A stretch of 60,432 nucleotides of DNA from an uncultured Bacilli bacterium (GCA_944332225.1 CALVJO010000005.1:1-60432); one strand, 5' to 3'; positions 47,354 to 58,221 are shown, counted from the first letter of the stretch. Notes: a model not told the origin generated them from the letters alone. Numbers and translations: made by a program.

Positions 47354-50047
47354 TTAATAATTAGCTTGAATAACCATCGTATATGATTGATCAAGAGTCA
47401 ATGTTACTAATGGTTCAGTAGCGTTTTGAATTGGTAATTGATCGTTAGTGAAATTGTGAGTGATTGTTCCATCGGCAGAAGTGATAGTAACTGTGATATT
47501 TCCACCTTCAGAATATTTATAAACGAAGACATTAACTACAGTTCCTTTATCTACAGCAAGAGTTCTTCCGCTGGAACTATATTCTGGATAAATTTCATTT
47601 CCTTCAGAATCTGTGAAATAGCAGCCTGCTGAATAATTAGAATTATCAGTCACTGATAAAGTTGCTACTTCAAATTTTGTGAATGTGATAGTTACATTAG
47701 CTCCAGTTACATAATAACCAGCTCTAGTTGCAACGATATCACCGAATACTTCTACATCATAACGATAGCCAGCTTCAGCTTCAGGAGTAGTGATAGATAA
47801 GGTATCTCCAACACTTAAGGTAGTTAAATCGGTAGCTTCGGTACCATTGATTTGATAGGTTATATCACCTGTAGTTACAACATCATCATTAACAGTTGCT
47901 GTAACAGTTTGTCTTTCTGCATAAACAACTTTGATACCTGTTATATCTTCAGTTACTTCGATATTTTGATAAGTAATAGAGATAGACAATGTTCCATAGT
48001 TTTGTGAGTAAACTTCACCTGGGACTAAAGCTTCAGTAGATCCATCTGATTTAACAACAGCTAATGAAGGAACGGTGGTCATATCTTCAGTAATGTTATA
48101 AGAAAGGCTCGTAGAAAGAGTTTCTCCGACAATGAAAGGCACGGATAGTTCACTTGCATAGCTTGGCGAATAATAAATGCTACTGTTGGATGTTTGACCT
48201 CTTACGTTGATGCTTGAAAGAGATGATGTTTCTTCACCTGGATCAAGAGTTATGGTTTGTGAATCTAATTTGGTAACTTCAACGACTACAACAACGTCTT
48301 TATCAGGCATTGTGAAGGAAATAGATGTAGAACCATAGAATGTTGAGACTGTTACATCAATTGAATCATCGCCTTCGATATGGGCTCCGGTAATCTCATA
48401 TAATTTAGAAGTAGTGCTTACAGTAATTGTAACAGTTTCACCAGCTCCATATTCAGCATCATTAGGCTTGTTGATTCCTTCAACTTCCTTGACTGATACA
48501 GTTCTTGCTTCAGAAACTCTAAATGTAAAGACGATGTCTTCAGTTTGAGTGGTTGGAATAAAGAATTGAGCATAATCTCCATAGTAAGAAGAAGTTACAT
48601 TAGCCCAGGTAGCTCCGTTATCCATAGAGATACCGGTTAAGAGATATCCTTCTGCAGGTGTCGCGTATACATATACTGAGTTACCAGGAGCGATAGATTC
48701 AACTTCATTTCCTTGCCATCCCCAAGATGATGTAGAAAAGTGAACTTCTGTGATAACTGAGTCTGGATCAAAATAGGATAAACCGATATTATCGCTTAAA
48801 GCGAAAGTGATGGTTACATCTTCTTCAGGCATGACAAATTCAAGTCTACCGGCTGTATTGACGGTTGGTTCAACACCAGTTACGGTTGCAGGTCCAGAGA
48901 TATATTGTCCTTCTTTAGCTGAATAGCTAATTGCAACTGTCTCTCCAACAGTGACATCGCTATCTTGAGAGATACCACTAGTGATGGTGACAGAATCAAG
49001 ATTTGTGAAGCTTACATGTCCAAGACCTAAGTATTCTCCAACAGCTTTAACTACGATTTCGGTAACTTCAGCGTCGATTGAAATCATGATTTGAGTGTAA
49101 TCAGTTGTTTCGTATACGCTATTGATATCAGTCCAAGTTTCTCCGCCGTTAGCAGAATATTGATATTTAGAAACGCTGTAACCTGGTTTAACAGAAGCGT
49201 AAATTTGAACATTTGAATACTTTTCACTATCAATTGTTCCATAGAATGAAACATATTCATTATCTTCGTAAGTAACGCTTGCACCTGTTGTTCCATCAGT
49301 TGCCATGTTGCTGGTTGCGGTAACAACAATCGCTACATCAGCGCTTGGCATAGTAAATGTCGCGGTTCCTGCTGAATAGAGGTTCATGCTTCCTGAAGTA
49401 GTTAATGTTGATTCATCAGGTGTAACTCTAACTCCAACATCATTAGCATATAAGATAAATTGATTGACGTTAGATTCAGGAATTGATCCATTAAAGGTAA
49501 TCTTAACGGTTACTGGAGTTCCAACTACTACCGCGTCAGCTTCTTCTACTTGAACTGCCGCACTTTGGATTTGGCTTTTAGCTTGTCCGCCTAATAAAGT
49601 AGGCTCAGAAACTGCAAAGGTTATATCTTCAGTAGTGACGGTGATTGTGACAGCTTCTCCTGGCATTGTGAAGGTGACAGTTGTTTCTTGCCCTTCGCTT
49701 GATACGACAGGAGTTACTTGTCCGCTAGTTACATCAACTAATTTTTTAGAAGCTTCAAGAGTTAATGTGATAGTTACTTGATCTCCCTCTTCATAGGAAC
49801 CATCGGCATGCTCTCCGTCAAATGCGTGAGTGAATCCGGTTCCTTCCACGGTCACTAAGTATTCTTCAACAGGTGTTTCAGATGTAGTTGAAGAGCTTGA
49901 TGAGCCAGAGTCAGATGTAGTAGTTTCAGAAGTGGTTGGCTCTCCTGAACTAGTTGTTGAGCTTGGGCTAGATGAGCTTGGACCAACGCATGCGGTTAAT
50001 AAACCCGCGGTGGCAAGGACTAATAACCCTAAAGTTTTTTTGGTCAT
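47354..50047 (-). CDS. large beta-rich surface lipoprotein with InlB B-repeat-like modules
   Basis: Lipobox LTAC plus long Ser/Thr linker; repeated F(T/V)MP..(D/A)V.I motifs; start ATG 50047 with AGGGG SD. Confidence 0.75.
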   Translation of the reverse strand: MTKKTLGLLVLATAGLLTACVGPSSSSPSSTTSSGEPTTSETTTSDSGSSSSSTTSETPVEEYLVTVEGTGFTHAFDGEHADGSYEEGDQVTITLTLEASKKLVDVTSGQVTPVVSSEGQETTVTFTMPGEAVTITVTTEDITFAVSEPTLLGGQAKSQIQSAAVQVEEADAVVVGTPVTVKITFNGSIPESNVNQFILYANDVGVRVTPDESTLTTSGSMNLYSAGTATFTMPSADVAIVVTATSNMATDGTTGASVTYEDNEYVSFYGTIDSEKYSNVQIYASVKPGYSVSKYQYSANGGETWTDINSVYETTDYTQIMISIDAEVTEIVVKAVGEYLGLGHVSFTNLDSVTITSGISQDSDVTVGETVAISYSAKEGQYISGPATVTGVEPTVNTAGRLEFVMPEEDVTITFALSDNIGLSYFDPDSVITEVHFSTSSWGWQGNEVESIAPGNSVYVYATPAEGYLLTGISMDNGATWANVTSSYYGDYAQFFIPTTQTEDIVFTFRVSEARTVSVKEVEGINKPNDAEYGAGETVTITVSTTSKLYEITGAHIEGDDSIDVTVSTFYGSTSISFTMPDKDVVVVVEVTKLDSQTITLDPGEETSSLSSINVRGQTSNSSIYYSPSYASELSVPFIVGETLSTSLSYNITEDMTTVPSLAVVKSDGSTEALVPGEVYSQNYGTLSISITYQNIEVTEDITGIKVVYAERQTVTATVNDDVVTTGDITYQINGTEATDLTTLSVGDTLSITTPEAEAGYRYDVEVFGDIVATRAGYYVTGANVTITFTKFEVATLSVTDNSNYSAGCYFTDSEGNEIYPEYSSSGRTLAVDKGTVVNVFVYKYSEGGNITVTITSADGTITHNFTNDQLPIQNATEPLVTLTLDQSYTMVIQANY

Positions 50048-50220
50048 AAATATAATCCCCTTTTTTTGTAAATTTCTCTGTTTGAAATTTATTGAAATTT
50101 TCTTATTTTTATATAGCAATTTCAACGATTTTATTTTTATTTTGATATTTATTGATTAAAATCTCGTCATTTTTAAATAAATATTAACGAAAAATTAATC
50201 TATGATTTTTTGATAAAGAT

Positions 50221-50268
50221 AAAAAACCCAGTTTTAATTCTTAATTAAACAAGAATTTTAAACTGGGT
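50221..50268 (-). terminator. long-stem intrinsic terminator
   Basis: ACCCAGTTTTAATTCTT...AAGAATTTTAAACTGGGT inverted repeat with A-tract (T-tract on the minus strand) right after the 506-aa gene. Confidence 0.7.
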
Positions 50269-50275
50269 AAAAGTA

Positions 50276-51796
50276 TTAAGCTTCGGTAGATGTACCAGGT
50301 GTAGCTTCTGATTCAGGAACTAAATTTTCAAATCTAACTGGGAAATCTGAAGGCTTTCCAGTTTCTAAGAAGCTGATTGAGGTTAAGAATCCATAAGTAG
50401 TTGAAGCACCTTGAATTGTATCAATAGCAGTTCCTTCTTCATTTAATATGATCATCATTTGATCTTCATAAATTTCCATTTGATTTCCTGCTTGATCAAC
50501 TGTGTAGCTGTTTCCTCCAGTTGCCGCGTACATCATAAGTGGAACGATGCTTGTTATATAATCACTTGATATAAATCCTTGATATTCTTGTGTTCCATCA
50601 CTTGATGTTAAAACTGCTTCATCAAAGAATACAGTATTAGCTACATTCCAAATTGGAGCAAAGATTTCCATAGTGACTGGCTCACCATCTACGGTCAAAT
50701 ATTCATCGGATCTTTTTATTTCTTCAGGATTATTTTCATTTACTCCTGCAACTCTATAGATGTATCCAGTTGCTGGATCAGCGATATATCCATAAACATC
50801 GGTATATACAAGTTCATTTGCTTCATTGACTGTGTAGTCTATGTAAATTAATCCTAAATCTGGATCATAAGCTAAAATATAGCTGAAGTAATTCTCAACA
50901 TCAGCAACTTGTTGAACTACCGCGGTGTATCCAGTTTGAAGTTCATCTAAATATCCTGCTAATGCAGTTTGGCCTTGAGTTGGGACTAATGGTTGAGGAA
51001 CTTCATAATCAACCTCAATTTCACTTTCTACAGTTGAAACAACATTGTAGTTAAATTCATATTGAATAGTTCCAGATGAGGTTGAGCCTCTCGTGGTTAA
51101 TTTGAAAGAAGTGATTCCGTCATCATCATAATTAAAGGTTAATCCAGATGGGGTTCCAATGGTGTAACCTGCAAATATCGCGCTTTGGAATTGATTAAGG
51201 AACTCATCGATATCATCACGATATTCATTTGATTGAGACATATCGATAGAAGCTGAACCTTCGCTTAAATTGAAACAGTTGTTAACGAATGTCGCGTTTG
51301 CTGTTGCAAATGGGCTGTAGAGGACTGAAGAGAATTGAGCTCCTAATCCTTGAGTGACTACTTTATTATCAAGTGTATAAGTATAATTTGTTAATTCTCC
51401 AGTTTCGCTATCAGCAAAGAAATAGCTTTCTAATTCAACATATTCATCGCCTGGAACCATGGTATCAGTCTCATCGATTGAGTAAGACATGAGAAAATAA
51501 GCTTCAGTTGAAGTAAGTTGACTTTCAATATACTCAGTTCCGAGTTCAGTAGTTGTTCCTAAAACGGTTAATAATGAAAGATCAGCTGTTCCTTCAAGTG
51601 AGAAAACACTTCCAAGAGCGACAAGCTTCTCTGCGAATGCTTCAGCTCCAGAATCACCTGCTGGGTTAGATGTTGTTGGCTGACTTGTTGAGGAATCGCT
51701 GCTACCTGGGTTTGATGAACCAGATGAGGTAGGATTGTTACATCCAACAAGTATTAATGCGCCGGCTAATGATAGAGTAAATAATTTTTTATTCAT
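50276..51796 (-). CDS. acidic lipoprotein of unknown function
   Basis: Lipobox LVGC plus Ser-rich linker; AAGGGGG SD. Confidence 0.75.
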   Translation of the reverse strand: MNKKLFTLSLAGALILVGCNNPTSSGSSNPGSSDSSTSQPTTSNPAGDSGAEAFAEKLVALGSVFSLEGTADLSLLTVLGTTTELGTEYIESQLTSTEAYFLMSYSIDETDTMVPGDEYVELESYFFADSETGELTNYTYTLDNKVVTQGLGAQFSSVLYSPFATANATFVNNCFNLSEGSASIDMSQSNEYRDDIDEFLNQFQSAIFAGYTIGTPSGLTFNYDDDGITSFKLTTRGSTSSGTIQYEFNYNVVSTVESEIEVDYEVPQPLVPTQGQTALAGYLDELQTGYTAVVQQVADVENYFSYILAYDPDLGLIYIDYTVNEANELVYTDVYGYIADPATGYIYRVAGVNENNPEEIKRSDEYLTVDGEPVTMEIFAPIWNVANTVFFDEAVLTSSDGTQEYQGFISSDYITSIVPLMMYAATGGNSYTVDQAGNQMEIYEDQMMIILNEEGTAIDTIQGASTTYGFLTSISFLETGKPSDFPVRFENLVPESEATPGTSTEA

Positions 51797-51972
51797 AATT
51801 TTGCCCCCTTTTTATTAAGTAAGACTATAAAAACATGTTTTTTAGATGTCAATTAAATTGTAAAAATATTTAACAATAATGGAGATATTGCTTATTAAAC
51901 TAAATTAATTATTTGTTAATTATAGTTAATTTAAATAACTTTATTTTTTGTAAGGTGTTAGTATTTAAATGT

Positions 51973-52788
51973 ATGAAAAGTATTGTTTTAGCTAATTCTA
52001 ATGTAATTCCATCAATAGGATTAGGAGTCTATGGTTTAAGATCAGGTAAAGAAACTATTAATGCTTGTAAGCAGGCTATAGAGCTTGGTTATCGACATAT
52101 TGATACCGCGCGAGTTTATTTAAATGAAGGATCAGTTGGTAAAGCTATCAAAGAATCTAATATTGATAGAAAAGAAATATTTATCACTTCTAAAATGTGG
52201 AATACGTCGATTAGATTCCGTCGTTATAGGCAGGCTTTTAATAAATCATTAAAAAAATTAGATGTAGATTATATTGATTTATATCTATTGCATTGGCCGG
52301 AAAAAAACTTTCTTGAAGCCTATCATTTTTTAGAAGATATGGTGATTCTTGGGAAAATTAAAAATATTGGGGTATCTAATTTTGAAATAAAGCATCTAAA
52401 GCGATTGTTAGCTAACTGTAGAATTAAACCGGTGATTAATCAAATTGAGGTTAATCCATCTTTTAATAATAAAGAATTAATTAAATTTTGTTTTGAACAT
52501 GATATTAAGGTTGAAGCTTATTCTCCTTTAGGAGGGAAAAATCATAATTATGTTAATAATGAGATGATTATTGCTTTAGCTAAAAAATATCATTGTTCCC
52601 CAAGTGAATTAATCTTATCTTGGGAACTAAATCAAGGATTAATTGTCTTACCTCGTTCTAAAAATATTTTGCATCAAAAAGATAATCTTTGCTTGAACGA
52701 TATCGTTTTAGAAAAAGAAGATATGAAGAAGATTGATGCATTAAATTTAAATATTAGAACTGGTAAAGATCCAAATAAATATGAATAG
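51973..52788 (+). CDS. aldo/keto reductase (2,5-DKG reductase-like)
   Basis: IGLG, GYRHIDTA.VY.NE, FITSK.W, DLYLLHWP, IGVSNF, NQIE, YSPLG; likely start ATG 51973. Confidence 0.93.
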   Translation: MKSIVLANSNVIPSIGLGVYGLRSGKETINACKQAIELGYRHIDTARVYLNEGSVGKAIKESNIDRKEIFITSKMWNTSIRFRRYRQAFNKSLKKLDVDYIDLYLLHWPEKNFLEAYHFLEDMVILGKIKNIGVSNFEIKHLKRLLANCRIKPVINQIEVNPSFNNKELIKFCFEHDIKVEAYSPLGGKNHNYVNNEMIIALAKKYHCSPSELILSWELNQGLIVLPRSKNILHQKDNLCLNDIVLEKEDMKKIDALNLNIRTGKDPNKYE

Positions 52789-52796
52789 GAGAAAAT

Positions 52797-53714
52797 ATGC
52801 CAAGTTTTGTTACTCATTATTTATTTGCTAAGGAATTTGATTCTTCAGATGTCACTCTTTTAGGTTCTCAAGGGCCAGATCCATTTTTCTATTATGGAAT
52901 CGTAAAATTTTACAGACCTAATATAAAAAAGATTCATGCTTTTGGTACATTTCTTCATAAGACTAGATTATCTAAAACTATCTCATACATGTTTAAATAT
53001 TTAGAGTATGAAGATGAACACGGTAAATTGATTTTATTAGATTATATTAAAGGATTTTTAATGCATTATTCTTTAGATCGATTGGTTCATCCTTTCGTCT
53101 ATTACCGAACCGGATTTCCTAAAGAAGGAGAAAAGAAAAAATTAAAATACTTTAATTATCATACCCAAATGGAAACATATTTAGATGTGATTAATGCATC
53201 GGATTTTAATTATAAAGTTGATTATAAGAAGATAATTAATATTTCGGAATTTGAATTGAGAGTTATTTCTAGAATGTATCATTTCGTAGCTAAAATGTTT
53301 AATGAATATGATGATTCTATCGACGTCGATACTTATTATTTTGCTATTAAAGACATGATTTTAGAGATTAAATTATTAAATTCAAATGATAAGTGTAGAA
53401 GAAAGAAAGTGTTCCATTTTCTATTTAGAAACACCCCGATTGATACGATGTCTCACATGAGATATGAAGACGTTCCTAAACTTGATTTTTTAAATAATAA
53501 TCATGATGAATTCTATGTTTCTTATCTAGAGAATAAGAAATCGAATGATGATTTCTACACTTTATTTAATAAAGCTAAAGAATATTATATTTCTATATCT
53601 AATAATTTAAATAAGTTAGATGTGAATTATATTGATTCCTTATCCTCTAATATTGATTTTGATGGTTTTAAAATCGGAGAAGAAAAAATTCATTATTCTT
53701 TAATATTTAAATAG
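52797..53714 (+). CDS. zinc-dependent phospholipase C family protein
   Basis: MP..THY.F, LGSQGPDPFFY, GFLMHYSLD..VHPFV, H..ME..LD. Confidence 0.85.
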   Translation: MPSFVTHYLFAKEFDSSDVTLLGSQGPDPFFYYGIVKFYRPNIKKIHAFGTFLHKTRLSKTISYMFKYLEYEDEHGKLILLDYIKGFLMHYSLDRLVHPFVYYRTGFPKEGEKKKLKYFNYHTQMETYLDVINASDFNYKVDYKKIINISEFELRVISRMYHFVAKMFNEYDDSIDVDTYYFAIKDMILEIKLLNSNDKCRRKKVFHFLFRNTPIDTMSHMRYEDVPKLDFLNNNHDEFYVSYLENKKSNDDFYTLFNKAKEYYISISNNLNKLDVNYIDSLSSNIDFDGFKIGEEKIHYSLIFK

Positions 53715-53739
53715 AATAAAAAATAGATTGGAGATTTAT

Positions 53740-54555
53740 ATGAGAATTTTATTAATTAATGATATTTCATGCGTTGGAAAATGTTCTTTGACAGTTGAAT
53801 TTCCTTTAGCCTGCTTAGGTGGGGAAACTGTAGATATTTTGCCAACATCAATTTTATCGACCCATACCGGGGGATTTAAAGGATATACCTTTAGAGATCT
53901 ATCAGATGATTTTGAAAATATTTTAGCCCATTGGAAAAGTTTAAATCTTTCCTATGATTTAATTGTCTCTGGATATTTAGCAAACAAGAAACAAATAGAT
54001 TTAATTAAAAAAATCGTTAAAGAGTTTTTAAAGGAAGACGGAATTTATATCTGCGACCCTTCCTGCGCGGATAATGGTAAATTATATGTAGGATTCGATG
54101 ATGAATTTATTAAAGAGATGAGATCTCTAGTATCTATTTCTACGTATACAGTTCCTAATATCACAGAAGCAAGGTATCTTTGCGATGATTTTACTTCTCC
54201 TATTGACGTTTTATTAAAAAAATTAAAGAAATTAAATACCAATCCATTAATCACTTCTTATCAGGAGAAAGATTTAATTGGGACGGCATATTTAGATGAT
54301 AATGATCAAGTAATATCATCGCTTTCTCAATCTGTTGATGGTTCTTTCCATGGCGCGGGAGATGTATTTTTAGGATCATTTATCGCCTGTATTGTTAAGC
54401 ATGTTCCATTTTCTAAAGCAATCGATATAGCTTCAAATTACTCTTCTCTTTCAGTCAAAGAGACATTTAAAGAAAAAACTGAGCCTAGATTTGGCTTAGC
54501 TTTTGAAAAAAATATTCCTTACTTAGTTGAGCAGATTGAAAAGTATCGTCAGTAA
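53740..54555 (+). CDS. pdxK: pyridoxal/pyridoxamine kinase
   Basis: DISCVGKCSL, LPT.ILSTHTGG, SGYL, DP...DNG.LY, PN.TEA, GAGDVF; ATG 53740 with GGAG SD. Confidence 0.88.
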   Translation: MRILLINDISCVGKCSLTVEFPLACLGGETVDILPTSILSTHTGGFKGYTFRDLSDDFENILAHWKSLNLSYDLIVSGYLANKKQIDLIKKIVKEFLKEDGIYICDPSCADNGKLYVGFDDEFIKEMRSLVSISTYTVPNITEARYLCDDFTSPIDVLLKKLKKLNTNPLITSYQEKDLIGTAYLDDNDQVISSLSQSVDGSFHGAGDVFLGSFIACIVKHVPFSKAIDIASNYSSLSVKETFKEKTEPRFGLAFEKNIPYLVEQIEKYRQ

Positions 54556-54600
54556 ATAACAAATAGTTTTACATTCTATTGATATTGTTTCTCCATAAAT

Positions 54601-54622
54601 ATACTATATGGGGGTATAGTAT
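54601..54622 (+). promoter_or_regulatory. CsoR operator
   Basis: ATACTATA-TGGGGG-TATAGTAT: AT-rich inverted repeat around a G-tract immediately before the csoR SD. Confidence 0.8.
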
Positions 54623-54632
54623 AGGAGGATAT

Positions 54633-54908
54633 ATGAATCATACATATAGAACTGATGAAACAAAGAAAAAATTAAATGATCGAATAAATAGAATCAAAGG
54701 GCAGATGAATGGAATATCTAAAATGATAGATAAAGATCGTTACTGCGATGATATTTTAATTCAGCTCTCCGCGATTAATAATTCTTTAAAGAGCCTAGCA
54801 AATGAAATATTAGAAAATCATCTAAAAAACTGCGTCGTCTCTAAGATTAAAGAAGGAGATGAAAGTATCATTGATGATGTCATGTCTTTAGTTAAGAGGT
54901 TTCAATAA
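54633..54908 (+). CDS. csoR: copper-sensing repressor CsoR
   Basis: RINRIKGQ..GI..MI, YCDDILIQL, HLKNCV (C-H-C ligands); ATG 54633 with AGGAGG SD. Confidence 0.92.
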   Translation: MNHTYRTDETKKKLNDRINRIKGQMNGISKMIDKDRYCDDILIQLSAINNSLKSLANEILENHLKNCVVSKIKEGDESIIDDVMSLVKRFQ

Positions 54909-54910
54909 AT

Positions 54911-57391
54911 ATGGAGAAGAAATTTGATGTAAAGGGCATGACCTGCGCGTCCTGCCAAGCTCATGTTCAAAAAGCAGTTGAAAGTCTTAATGGAGTTAAT
55001 AAAGTTAATGTTAATTTATTGACTAATTCGATGGATGTTGATTTTGCCTGCTCTATTGAAGATATTGAAAAGGCGGTTAAAAACGCAGGATATGAAGCAT
55101 CATTGCCTAATGAAACTAAAAATAATAAAGCTGAAGTAAAAGATTATGGCTTAGTTAAATTAATTATCTCATTAGTCTTATTGATAATACTCATGTATAT
55201 TTCTATGGCTCATATGGTAAATATACCGTTACCTTCTTTTTTAGATGGAATTGAGAATTCTTTAATTAATGCTTTTAGTCAATTTTTAATTAGTTTAATC
55301 GTTATATTCTTATATAAAGATTATTTTACTAACGGATTTAAACGCTTATTTAAATTATCGCCTAATATGGATTCATTGATCGCTTTAGGCGCGTCAGCAT
55401 CTTTTCTCTACGGGATAGTTTCTATCTATTTTATCGGCTACGGACTTGGGCATAATGATTTAGATATCGTGACATCTTATTATCATAATCTATATTTTGA
55501 TTCAGTAGTCATGATTTTAGCTTTGGTTAGCTTAGGTAAATATTTAGAGAATCTATCAAAGAAAAGAACCACGAAAGCAATTGAAAAATTAATAGCGTTA
55601 GCTCCTCAAGAGGCAAGATTATTAAAAGATGGTCAAGAGACTATAGTTAATGTAAATCAAGTTAAAGTAAATGACATTTTCATTGTTAAAAAGGGAGATA
55701 ATGTACCATTAGACGGAGTTATAGTTGAAGGTAAAGGATCGTTAAATCAGGCTAATATAACTGGAGAAAGCCTCCCAGTTTTAAAAGGAGTTGGAGATGA
55801 AATATTCTCTTCAACTATTCTTACTTCTGGATATTTAAAAGTTAAGGCTACTAAAGTAGGAGAAGATACTTCGATCAATCAAATCATCAAATTAGTCGAA
55901 GAAGCATCTAACTCTAAAGCTCCTATTTCTAAATTAGTCGATAAAATATCATTCTTTTTTGTCCCGACTATCTTGTTGATTGCTCTGATCTCATTTATCG
56001 CATTCTTAATTGCTTATGATTTTGAATTAGCCTTTAATATGGGAATATCAGTTTTAGTGATCGCCTGCCCATGCGCGTTAGGATTAGCCACGCCGGTTGC
56101 TATCATGGTTTCTTCAGGTAAAGGTGCGGAGAACGGGCTACTAATTAAAAACGCAGAGATACTCGAAAAGGCTCATAATATTAAAACTATTGTTTTCGAT
56201 AAAACAGGAACGATTACAGAAGGAAATCCTAAGGTTGTCGATATCATCGATTATACAGAAGATAATTTATTGATGAAGATTGCCTATTCTTTAGAATTAC
56301 AATCTGAGCATCCTCTTTCTCAATCAATTGTTAATTATGCAAAAGAAAAATCTTTAGACTATTTTAAAGTAGATAGATTTAATTCTTTAGAAGGTCTTGG
56401 TATCAAAGGAGATATTGATGGAGAATCATTTTATGGAGGCAATTATAAATTAATCATTGAATTAGGTCTTCAAAATGATGGTGTTGAAGAATTATTAAGA
56501 AACTTCTCTAAGCAAGGAAAAACCCCTCTAATATTCGCTTCTAATAAAAAAATATTAGGAGTAGTTGCGATTAAAGATGAAATTAAACCTCATTCTAAAA
56601 GAGCGATTCAAGAATTAAATAAAATGGGAATTAAAACTATCATGTTAACTGGTGATAATCTTGAAACTGCGAAAGTGATCGCAGAAGAAGTGGGAATCAA
56701 AGAATATATTGCTAATGTTTTGCCTCTTGATAAACAAAATGTGATTAATTCCTTAAAGAGCGATTCTCATCATTTGGTAGCAATGGTTGGAGATGGAGTT
56801 AATGATTCTCTAGCTTTAGCTAACGCGGATCTATCAATATCCTTAGGACATGGTAGCGATATAGCTATCGAGACAAGCGACATCGTGCTTTTAAGAGATG
56901 ATTTATTAGATGTTAAAAATGTTATTAAATTATCAAAGAGAACGATAAATACCATTAAATTTGGCTTGTTTTGGGCGTTTTTCTATAACTGTATCGGAGT
57001 AATCCTAGCATCTGGGGTTTTCTATCCTTCTTTTGGAATTAGATTAAATCCGATGATAGGTTCTTTATGTATGTCCTTTTCTTCAGTGTTTGTTGTCTTA
57101 AATGCTTTAACTATTAATTTCTTTAAAGTGGATAAAGATGATAAAACTCAAAATATAGATAAACCTATTAAGAGAAAGGAGGTGAAGAAGATGGAAAAGA
57201 TTACTTTACATGTTGAAGGAATGATGTGCATGCATTGTGTTAAGCATGTTGAAGATGCTTTAAAAAAAGTTGATGGAGTCAAAATAGTTGATGTTAGCTT
57301 AGATAAAAAAGAAGCTATTATCGAAGGAGAAAACTTAAATAAAGAAGAATTGATCAAAGCGATAGTCGCTTCTGGTTATCAAGCATCCTAA
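54911..57391 (+). CDS. copA: copper-exporting P1B-type ATPase with N-terminal HMA and C-terminal CopZ-like domain
   Basis: GMTCASC, TGES, CPCALGLATP, DKTGT, SEHPL, MVGDGVND, YN, MSFSS; C-terminal GMMCMHC. Confidence 0.95.
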   Translation: MEKKFDVKGMTCASCQAHVQKAVESLNGVNKVNVNLLTNSMDVDFACSIEDIEKAVKNAGYEASLPNETKNNKAEVKDYGLVKLIISLVLLIILMYISMAHMVNIPLPSFLDGIENSLINAFSQFLISLIVIFLYKDYFTNGFKRLFKLSPNMDSLIALGASASFLYGIVSIYFIGYGLGHNDLDIVTSYYHNLYFDSVVMILALVSLGKYLENLSKKRTTKAIEKLIALAPQEARLLKDGQETIVNVNQVKVNDIFIVKKGDNVPLDGVIVEGKGSLNQANITGESLPVLKGVGDEIFSSTILTSGYLKVKATKVGEDTSINQIIKLVEEASNSKAPISKLVDKISFFFVPTILLIALISFIAFLIAYDFELAFNMGISVLVIACPCALGLATPVAIMVSSGKGAENGLLIKNAEILEKAHNIKTIVFDKTGTITEGNPKVVDIIDYTEDNLLMKIAYSLELQSEHPLSQSIVNYAKEKSLDYFKVDRFNSLEGLGIKGDIDGESFYGGNYKLIIELGLQNDGVEELLRNFSKQGKTPLIFASNKKILGVVAIKDEIKPHSKRAIQELNKMGIKTIMLTGDNLETAKVIAEEVGIKEYIANVLPLDKQNVINSLKSDSHHLVAMVGDGVNDSLALANADLSISLGHGSDIAIETSDIVLLRDDLLDVKNVIKLSKRTINTIKFGLFWAFFYNCIGVILASGVFYPSFGIRLNPMIGSLCMSFSSVFVVLNALTINFFKVDKDDKTQNIDKPIKRKEVKKMEKITLHVEGMMCMHCVKHVEDALKKVDGVKIVDVSLDKKEAIIEGENLNKEELIKAIVASGYQAS

Positions 57392-57449
57392 TTTTTATTG
57401 AATAAAGTTTGTAATAAGTCTATATTCATTAATACAGGGGGTACAGATT

Positions 57450-58208
57450 ATGTTTATTAACACTCTATCTTTCTTACCTACCAACGGGCAAACTATCGTA
57501 TGGGATTATATCTCAATTGCCTTTATAGTTATTTTAATCATCGCGGTGATTATAAATGCGGTTAAAGGATTTGCTACGTCTTTAATATCTTTAGTAGCAG
57601 GATTAGGATCGATAGTATTAGCTGTCTTATTAGCGACTCCGGTGGGTAACTTGCTCTATCAAACTGGTTTAGGACCATCAATTCAAGGAGGAATTAATGG
57701 ATGGGTATCCTCATCCTTAGGCTCTCTAGCCGATATGGCGTTGACTGAAGAAAACTTAGCTCAAGCGTTTAGTCAGTTAAATATTCCTGAAATATTAGCT
57801 AATCCATTAACTGAGATGATAGCTAATGCGAATTTAGATACTGCAAGCGTCGCGGAAGCTATATCAACATCTTTAGCTAACTATGCCTGCATCGCGATTT
57901 CCTTCATCGTCTTATGGATCGTCTTCTTAGTTGTCTTCTCATTGTTAGGTAAATTAGTCAAAGGCATTAACAAGATACCATTAGTCGGGGTCTTAAATCA
58001 TATCCTTGGAGGAGTCTTTGGTTTAGCTATCGGTTTATTAGTTTGCTTCTTAGCTTGCTATGTCATTCAATTAATCGGATCGATGAATGGTGATTTAAAT
58101 GAAACATTCTCAGAAATGATGCATTTAACAGATGAAGGTGCTTGGTCGATATCTAAAGCACTTTATGAAATCAACTTCATTCCAAAGATTATTGAAGCCT
58201 TGCTATAA
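57450..58208 (+). CDS. cvpA: CvpA family membrane protein
   Basis: D...IVIL....KGF..SL and LNHILGGVFGL motifs; multiple TM helices. Confidence 0.75.
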   Translation: MFINTLSFLPTNGQTIVWDYISIAFIVILIIAVIINAVKGFATSLISLVAGLGSIVLAVLLATPVGNLLYQTGLGPSIQGGINGWVSSSLGSLADMALTEENLAQAFSQLNIPEILANPLTEMIANANLDTASVAEAISTSLANYACIAISFIVLWIVFLVVFSLLGKLVKGINKIPLVGVLNHILGGVFGLAIGLLVCFLACYVIQLIGSMNGDLNETFSEMMHLTDEGAWSISKALYEINFIPKIIEALL

Positions 58209-58221
58209 AGATATGTAAATT

